Below, piece by piece: positions 18,290 to 24,000 of a stretch of 24,000 nucleotides of DNA. The stretch lies in the NCBI RefSeq assembly GCF_031202285.1, contig NZ_CP101637.1, one strand, 5' to 3'. Position 1 is the stretch's first letter. Every line of letters starts with the position of its first letter. The notes under the pieces are model-generated. The model ran no database searches, had not been told where the DNA came from, and worked only from the letters and a program-made list of their open reading frames with translations. This DNA is from Terrisporobacter mayombei (GTDB lineage: Bacteria; Bacillota; Clostridia; Peptostreptococcales; Peptostreptococcaceae). The translations under genes and the position numbers were made by a program.

Positions 18290-18315
18290 TAAAAAAAGAT
18301 TACTGCTAAGCAGTA
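18290..18315 (-). terminator. Terminator of the noc-like gene
   Basis: TTACTGC (18299-18305) / GCAGTAA (18309-18315), 3-nt loop, then T-run on the minus strand. Confidence 0.75.
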
Positions 18316-18320
18316 ACCCC

Positions 18321-19106
18321 TTATTTTTTAGGAATTTTGACTACAACTTCCATGTAATCTCCCTTATCTATTTCATTATACTTTGCTTCAATTCCTGTAT
18401 TCTTTATGGCATCATATGCTTGTTTTAATGTATTAAGATATATTCTAATACCTACTGAACATTTTATATTCTGTTTCTTTTCAGGTTCACTCTCTGCTTT
18501 TAAAGCTTCCAATGTATCATTAATTAATTTTTCCGTTTTCTTAACTGTAAGTTCTTGTTTAACTACTTTTTGAATAATTTCCATCATTAGTTCTTCATTA
18601 GGTAACTTAAGCAATGCTCTTGCATGTCTTTCAGTTAAACCATTCTCAACAAGATATTGCTTTACAGTATCAGGAAGTTTTAATATTCTAAGTTTATTAG
18701 CTATAGTTGATTGATTTTTACCTAATTTTTCAGCCAACTGTTGTTGCGTAAAATTATGCTCTTTTATTAAATTCTCATATCCTAGAGATTCCTCTATAAA
18801 GTTCAAATCTTCTCTTTGTAAATTTTCTAATAAAGCTAGAACTGCAGAATATTGATCTGACATATTATTTATTATCGCTGGTATAGTTTTTAGCTCAGCC
18901 AACTTTGCTGCCCTTAGTCTTCTTTCCCCCGCAACTAACTCATATCCATCTTCTTTTTGTCTAACAGTAATTGGTTGAAGTATTCCGTACTCTTTTATAG
19001 ATTTACTTAATTCTTCTAATGCATTGATTGAAAATACTTTTCTTGGTTGATATGGATTAGGAATTATTTTATCAACTGGTATCTCTTTAACTATTTTTTC
19101 TTCCAT
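18321..19106 (-). CDS. noc: Noc-like ParB-family protein (nucleoid occlusion)
   Basis: 261 aa. GKNQSTIANKLRILKLPDTV...ERHARALLKL matches the Noc version of the HTH rather than the ParB version. C-terminus RIYLNTLKQAYDAIKNTG...VVVKIPKK. Located rsmG-noc-soj-spo0J as in B. subtilis. Confidence 0.88.
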   Translation of the reverse strand: MEEKIVKEIPVDKIIPNPYQPRKVFSINALEELSKSIKEYGILQPITVRQKEDGYELVAGERRLRAAKLAELKTIPAIINNMSDQYSAVLALLENLQREDLNFIEESLGYENLIKEHNFTQQQLAEKLGKNQSTIANKLRILKLPDTVKQYLVENGLTERHARALLKLPNEELMMEIIQKVVKQELTVKKTEKLINDTLEALKAESEPEKKQNIKCSVGIRIYLNTLKQAYDAIKNTGIEAKYNEIDKGDYMEVVVKIPKK

Positions 19107-19170
19107 AACATCCCTCTCTTATTGATAAATATATTTTTACTGCAATTTATGTAAATTTATTTTGATTTTC

Positions 19171-19205
19171 TACTCATAAAGGAAAGTTACTTCCCTTTAT
19201 GAGTA
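19171..19205. terminator. Hairpin downstream of rsmG, possible terminator
   Basis: Perfect 12-bp arms TACTCATAAAGG (19171-19182) / CCTTTATGAGTA (19194-19205). No strong T-run on the minus strand. Confidence 0.55.
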
Positions 19206-19254
19206 TTTATTTCTTCATTTAATATTATTTTCCTTCTATATTTCTCTATATTAT

Positions 19255-19974
19255 TTATTTTATAGGATTTTTAGATGGTTTGCCTGCTTTTCTTGGATAT
19301 TTTGATGGGGTACTCTTAATTTTTTTGAATACTAATATATTATGATTTAATTCTAAATCAGGTAACTTAATATCTATTTTTTCAACAAATTCTATCCCCA
19401 AAGTTTCCATAGCTGCTTTTGACTCTTCTAGTTCTAAGTTAGCATTTGGTCCTTTTAGACATATAAAATATCCCCCAACTTTTACAAACGGAACACAAAA
19501 CTCCATTAATATTGGTAATCCGGCGACAGCTCTTGCTGTAGCTACATCATACTGTTCTCTGTATTCCTCACTTTTACCAAAATCTTCAGCTCTGCCATGA
19601 ATAAATTCTATCCCTTTTAAATTTAATTCACTAGCCACTTCTTGTAAAAAACTTATTCTTTTATTTAGCGAATCTAATAAGGTTAGATTTAAGTTATCTA
19701 AGCAAATTTTTAGTGGCATACCAGGAAAACCTGCCCCAGTACCCACGTCTATCAATGATATACCATCACTTATATAATTATTAGTTACAGCTGATATAGA
19801 GTCTAGAAAGTGCTTAATATATACTTCTCTCTCTTCCTCTATACCTGTTAAATTCATTACTTTGTTCCATTCAACTAATATTTCTCTGTATTTCTTTAAG
19901 CTTTGAAGTTTTTCATCAGTAGCTTCTAGGCCAAAATCTTCTATACCTGCTTTTAATACTTCTAGGTTATTCAT
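19255..19974 (-). CDS. rsmG: 16S rRNA (guanine527-N7)-methyltransferase RsmG
   Basis: 239 aa. [31 protein letters not shown]. Confidence 0.97.
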   Translation of the reverse strand: MNNLEVLKAGIEDFGLEATDEKLQSLKKYREILVEWNKVMNLTGIEEEREVYIKHFLDSISAVTNNYISDGISLIDVGTGAGFPGMPLKICLDNLNLTLLDSLNKRISFLQEVASELNLKGIEFIHGRAEDFGKSEEYREQYDVATARAVAGLPILMEFCVPFVKVGGYFICLKGPNANLELEESKAAMETLGIEFVEKIDIKLPDLELNHNILVFKKIKSTPSKYPRKAGKPSKNPIK

Positions 19975-21862
19975 TACTTCCTCCTCTAGTTTTTCTCATT
20001 TGTTCTAAATAAATAAGTAAAACTGATATATCTGCAGGAGATACCCCAGAAATACGAGAAGCTTGTCCTATAGATACTGGTTTTATAGCATCTAGCTTTT
20101 GTCTAGCTTCTAATCTTAAACCATCTATTGAAGAATAGTTTATATCTTCAGGAAGCTTTCTATTTTCTAATTTTTTGAATTGATCTATTTGCTTTAATTG
20201 TTTATCTATATATCCTTCGTATTTAGACATAATTACACATTGCTCTTTAACATCATCAGATACTTCTTCTCCAGCATCTTTTCCTATTTGTTCTAAAATG
20301 CTATAGGTAACTTCCGGACGCTTCAGGAATTCATATAAAGATAAACCGACTTTTATTTCTGAACCACCAACTTCAGCTAATATATGGTTAACCTCTTTTG
20401 GTGTTACTCTTTCTGTTTTTAGTCTTTCTAATTCTTTTTCAACTTCTGCTTTTTTAGCAATATATCTTTCGTATCTGTCTTCTTTAACAAGACCTATATC
20501 ATGACCTTTTTCTGTGAGTCTCATATCTGCATTATCTTGTCTTAAGTATAATCTATATTCTGCTCTAGAAGTCATCATTCTATAAGGTTCATTAGTTCCT
20601 TTAGTAACTAAGTCATCTATAAGAACTCCTATATATCCCTCTGATCTATCTAGTATAAAAGGTTCTTTACCTTCTATTTTTAGAGCAGCATTTATACCTG
20701 CTATAAGACCTTGAGCTGCTGCTTCTTCATATCCTGAAGTACCATTAAATTGACCTGCACTGTATAAATTTTCAGTTACTTTTATTTCCAAAGTAGCTTT
20801 TAATTGAGTTGGATCTATGCAGTCATATTCAATTGCATAAGCAGGTCTCATTATTTTAGCATTTTCAAGACCTTTCATTGATTTGTATATTTGAACTTGT
20901 ACTTCAAAAGGTAAGCTTGTTGATATACCTTGAATATACATTTCTTTTGTATCTAGTCCTTCTGGCTCAATAAATGTTTGATGTGATTCTTTATCATTGA
21001 ATCTCACAACTTTATCTTCTATTGATGGACAATATCTCGCCCCTGTAGCATTAACTTTTCCACTATACATAGCAGATCTTCCAATGTTATTCATAATAAC
21101 TTTATGTGTATCTGTATTTGTTCTTGCTAAATAACAAGGCACTTGATCTATCTGTAAATTTTCACTCATAAAAGAGAATGGAGTTATTCTCTCATCTCCC
21201 TCTTGGATTTCCATTTGAGAGAAATCTATACTATCCTTATGAATTCTAGCAGGAGTACCTGTTTTGAATCTTCTCATATTTAAACCTAAATCAACTAATT
21301 TATCTGTTAAATAAGTCGCATATCCTAATCCATTAGGGCCTTCTTTAAATGTTCCTTCTCCTATATAAATTAATGAATTTAAGTAAACTCCAGTTGCAAG
21401 TATAACTGCTTTAGCATTATAAGCACATCCTAATTTAGTTACTACTCCTGTTACCACTTGTCCATCATGAAGTATATCTACAACTTCATCCATAGCTATA
21501 TCAAGGTTTGGCTCGTTTTCAAGAGTTTTTTTCATTTCTGTGTGATATTTAAACTTGTCTGCTTGTGCTCTTAAAGAATGTACAGCTGGTCCTTTTGCTG
21601 TATTTAACATTCTACTTTGTATAAATGTCTTGTCTACATTTATACCCATTTCTCCACCAAGAGCATCTATTTCTCTTACTAATTGTCCTTTACCAGTTCC
21701 ACCTATAGATGGGTTACATGGCATCATTCCAATCGAATCTAGTGTTAGTGTTATTATTAGTGTTTTATGACCCATTCTCGCTGTAGCTAATGCCGCTTCA
21801 CATCCAGCATGTCCTGCTCCAACAACAATTACATCATAACTTCCTGCATTATATGTTTGCAT
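19967..21862 (-). CDS. mnmG: tRNA uridine-5-carboxymethylaminomethyl modification enzyme MnmG/GidA
   Basis: 631 aa. [41 protein letters not shown]. Overlaps the rsmG start by 8 nt. Confidence 0.98.
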   Translation of the reverse strand: MQTYNAGSYDVIVVGAGHAGCEAALATARMGHKTLIITLTLDSIGMMPCNPSIGGTGKGQLVREIDALGGEMGINVDKTFIQSRMLNTAKGPAVHSLRAQADKFKYHTEMKKTLENEPNLDIAMDEVVDILHDGQVVTGVVTKLGCAYNAKAVILATGVYLNSLIYIGEGTFKEGPNGLGYATYLTDKLVDLGLNMRRFKTGTPARIHKDSIDFSQMEIQEGDERITPFSFMSENLQIDQVPCYLARTNTDTHKVIMNNIGRSAMYSGKVNATGARYCPSIEDKVVRFNDKESHQTFIEPEGLDTKEMYIQGISTSLPFEVQVQIYKSMKGLENAKIMRPAYAIEYDCIDPTQLKATLEIKVTENLYSAGQFNGTSGYEEAAAQGLIAGINAALKIEGKEPFILDRSEGYIGVLIDDLVTKGTNEPYRMMTSRAEYRLYLRQDNADMRLTEKGHDIGLVKEDRYERYIAKKAEVEKELERLKTERVTPKEVNHILAEVGGSEIKVGLSLYEFLKRPEVTYSILEQIGKDAGEEVSDDVKEQCVIMSKYEGYIDKQLKQIDQFKKLENRKLPEDINYSSIDGLRLEARQKLDAIKPVSIGQASRISGVSPADISVLLIYLEQMRKTRGGSNE

Positions 21863-21883
21863 GTTTTCTCCTTTCTTAAATAA

Positions 21884-21899
21884 TGTTTCACGTTAAACG
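21884..21899. promoter_or_regulatory. parS: Candidate degenerate parS site
   Basis: TGTTTCACGTTAAACG is 14/16 identical to the parS consensus, with an intact TGTTTCACGT half. In the mnmG-mnmE gap. Confidence 0.4.
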
Positions 21900-21955
21900 T
21901 TAATATCTTATTAATCGTTTCATTTATAAAGTAACTTTATTTAAGTTTATTTTAT

Positions 21956-23335
21956 TTATTTCCCAATACAGAAGTTTGCAAATATAGTATCTAGTAAATC
22001 TTCCTGTACAGTATCTCCATTTATATACCCTAAATAATCCCATATATTCTTAAAATCAACTTCTATGAAATCATAAGGTAGTCTTTGATCTATTCCATCT
22101 ATAGCATCATTTATAGCATTGTACGCTTTTAGTAGGGCATCTTTATGTCTAGAGTTTGTAACAACTACACTTGAGTTATTTCTTATATCCCCTTTAAATA
22201 CCATAGATTCTATTTTATTGTGAACCTGTTCGATACCTTCATTTTTTAATGCTGATATTTTTATTATACTATCCTTGTCAACATATTTAGCTATTTCTTC
22301 CTCTGATACAACTTGGTCAAGGTCATTTTTATTTAACAAAACAATAGTCTTTTTATCTACTGCTTGTTCTAATATTTCTTTGTCTTCTTGTGACAATTCT
22401 TTTGAACCATCTATTACGATTATTACTAAGTCTGCTGAGTTAAATGATTCTCTAGACTTTTCTACACCTATTTTTTCAACTATATCTTCTGTTTCTCTTA
22501 TACCTGCTGTATCAACAATTTTTAAAGGAATTCCCTTTATATTAACGAACTCTTCTATTACATCTCTTGTTGTTCCAGCTATTTCAGTAACTATGGCTCT
22601 GTTTTCTCCTAAAATATAGTTTAGTAATGATGATTTTCCTACATTTGGTTTACCAACTATAACTGTTTTTAGGCCGTCTCTTAAAACTTTTCCGCTTTCA
22701 GCTGAGTCATACAGTGATTTTATTTCACTTCTTAATCCTTGTGCACTCTCAATAAGCATTGCATAAGTTATTTCCTCAACATCTTCTTCACTAAAATCTA
22801 TTGAAACTGTTAAATGAGCTAAAACTTCCGTTACCTTAAATCTTAACTCTTTTATTTTATTAGCTAAAACACCACTTAAATGACTTTGAGCCACCTCTTG
22901 GGCCTTATCTGTTTTTGCTTTAATTACATCAATTACAGCTTCTGCTTGAGATAAATCTATTCTTCCATTCAAGAATGCTCTCTTTGTAAACTCACCTTCA
23001 TCAGCAAGTCTTACGTCTTTACTTAATATTAATTCTAATATTTTTTTTACTGAAATAAATCCACCGTGGCAATTTATTTCAATTACATCTTCTGCTGTAT
23101 AAGAATTAGGTCCTTTCATAAAAGCAAGCAACACTTCATCTATTTTTTTATCACCATCTAATATATGGCCATATATTAAAGTACGAGTGTTGTAATCTGT
23201 TATATTTTTTCCTGAAACAGATTTAAATATCTCCTCAGCTACTGAAAGTGATTTACTTCCACTAATTCTTATTATGCCTATTCCACCTTCTCCTGGCGCT
23301 GTTGCAATTGCTGCTATAGTATCATCTATAAACAT
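21956..23335 (-). CDS. mnmE: tRNA modification GTPase MnmE/TrmE
   Basis: 459 aa. DTIAAIATAPGEGGIGIIRISG, GKPNVGKSSLLN, EIAGTTRD, DTAGIRETED, C-terminal FCIGK. Confidence 0.98.
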   Translation of the reverse strand: MFIDDTIAAIATAPGEGGIGIIRISGSKSLSVAEEIFKSVSGKNITDYNTRTLIYGHILDGDKKIDEVLLAFMKGPNSYTAEDVIEINCHGGFISVKKILELILSKDVRLADEGEFTKRAFLNGRIDLSQAEAVIDVIKAKTDKAQEVAQSHLSGVLANKIKELRFKVTEVLAHLTVSIDFSEEDVEEITYAMLIESAQGLRSEIKSLYDSAESGKVLRDGLKTVIVGKPNVGKSSLLNYILGENRAIVTEIAGTTRDVIEEFVNIKGIPLKIVDTAGIRETEDIVEKIGVEKSRESFNSADLVIIVIDGSKELSQEDKEILEQAVDKKTIVLLNKNDLDQVVSEEEIAKYVDKDSIIKISALKNEGIEQVHNKIESMVFKGDIRNNSSVVVTNSRHKDALLKAYNAINDAIDGIDQRLPYDFIEVDFKNIWDYLGYINGDTVQEDLLDTIFANFCIGK

Positions 23336-23426
23336 GATATCACCTCTATATTTAATCTATTTTAAATTCTTAACTATTATTTAAAATTATAACCTTAATT
23401 TTATCATTATATTAAATAAATTACAA

Positions 23427-23457
23427 AAATTAAACCCCCTAAATAGTTAGGAGGTTT
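23427..23457 (-). terminator. Terminator of the jag-containing operon
   Basis: AAACCCCCTAA (23432-23442) / TTAGGAGGTTT (23447-23457), one mismatch. Minus strand continues AATTTTTG. Confidence 0.8.
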
Positions 23458-23462
23458 GAATT

Positions 23463-24000
23463 TTATCTTTTATATTCAATCACTAGTCTTCTATATGGAT
23501 CTGTTCCTTCACTATAAGTAATTACATACCTATCGTTTTGTAAAGCTGAATGAACTATTCTTCTTTCATAAGGATTCATATAGTCCAATTTTTTTATTCT
23601 TCTAGTCTTTGCTACTTCACGAGCAACTTTTCTAGCATATCTAACTAATGATTCTTCTCTTTTATTTCTATAATTTTCTATATCAACTAATACTCTCATA
23701 TGAGAATCTTTATTGATTTTATTTAAAGCTAGTCCAGTTAAAAATTGTACTGCATCAAGAGTTTCTCCTCTTCTTCCAATTAAACAAGTAGCTTCTTTTC
23801 CTTCAATGCTAATTTTAATTAAGTTATCCTCTTGAGTGGCATTAACTTTAGCATTTATCTTGGATTTTAATAGAATGCTTTCTATAAATTCTCTAGCAAT
23901 TTCTATTTCTTCTTTTTTTATTACCGTTACTTCGTATATTCCCTCTTTAGCACCTAGGAATCCTAGAAACCCCTTAGAAGGATTTTGAATAACATTTACT
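23463..24000 (-). CDS. jag: Jag/KhpB RNA-binding protein (KH + R3H), 5' end beyond window
   Basis: Minus frame is open from the edge: ...REFIESILLDSKSKINAKVNATQEDNLIKISIEGKEATCLIGRRGETLDAVQFLTGLALNKINKDSHMRVLVDIENYRNKREESLVRYARKVAREVAKTRR...NPYERRIVHSALQND. The track lists only the last 78 codons. Confidence 0.95.
   Translation of the reverse strand, partial: VNVIQNPSKGFLGFLGAKEGIYEVTVIKKEEIEIAREFIESILLKSKINAKVNATQEDNLIKISIEGKEATCLIGRRGETLDAVQFLTGLALNKINKDSHMRVLVDIENYRNKREESLVRYARKVAREVAKTRRIKKLDYMNPYERRIVHSALQNDRYVITYSEGTDPYRRLVIEYKR

Noticed and set aside
21555-22619. Plus-strand ORFs 21555-21770 and 22275-22619
   Set aside because: Antisense to mnmG and mnmE, both strongly conserved; artefacts of codon usage.
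23463-23699. Stand-alone 78-aa R3H protein
   Set aside because: The frame is open further upstream to the window edge and encodes the KH domain, so this is the C-terminus of jag, not a separate gene.

Overview
The window is AT-rich and shows the gene order typical of the chromosomal region just before oriC in a low-GC Firmicute. Gene content, and an RstA-like protein next to the par locus, point to Clostridioides difficile or a very close relative; this is recognised from memory, not from a search. From left to right it holds: a partial YycJ/WalJ-type MBL hydrolase, an M1 peptidase, a DnaD-domain protein with a DnaI/DnaC-type helicase loader (both + strand), purA, a small unknown ORF, dnaB, rplI, gdpP, a YybS-like membrane protein, a MazG-like protein, rpsR-ssb-rpsF, a PLP aminotransferase, a DUF951 protein, an RstA-like HTH/TPR regulator, spo0J(parB)-soj(parA)-noc-like, rsmG, mnmG, mnmE and the 3' part of jag. 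I see no CRISPR array, mobile element, tRNA or rRNA, and no clearly novel multi-gene system. The best leads are cis-elements and small features: (1) a dense DnaA-box cluster between dnaB and an uncharacterised small gene, next to a long hairpin; (2) a Noc-like protein lacking the N-terminal membrane-targeting extension of B. subtilis Noc, plus a 13/14 match to the Noc-binding consensus in the same window and two degenerate parS-like sites; (3) an orphan RRNPP-type regulator (RstA) with inverted repeats upstream and an unexplained 445-bp gap downstream; (4) a PurBox-like pair upstream of purA and a probable S6:S18 leader upstream of rpsF.
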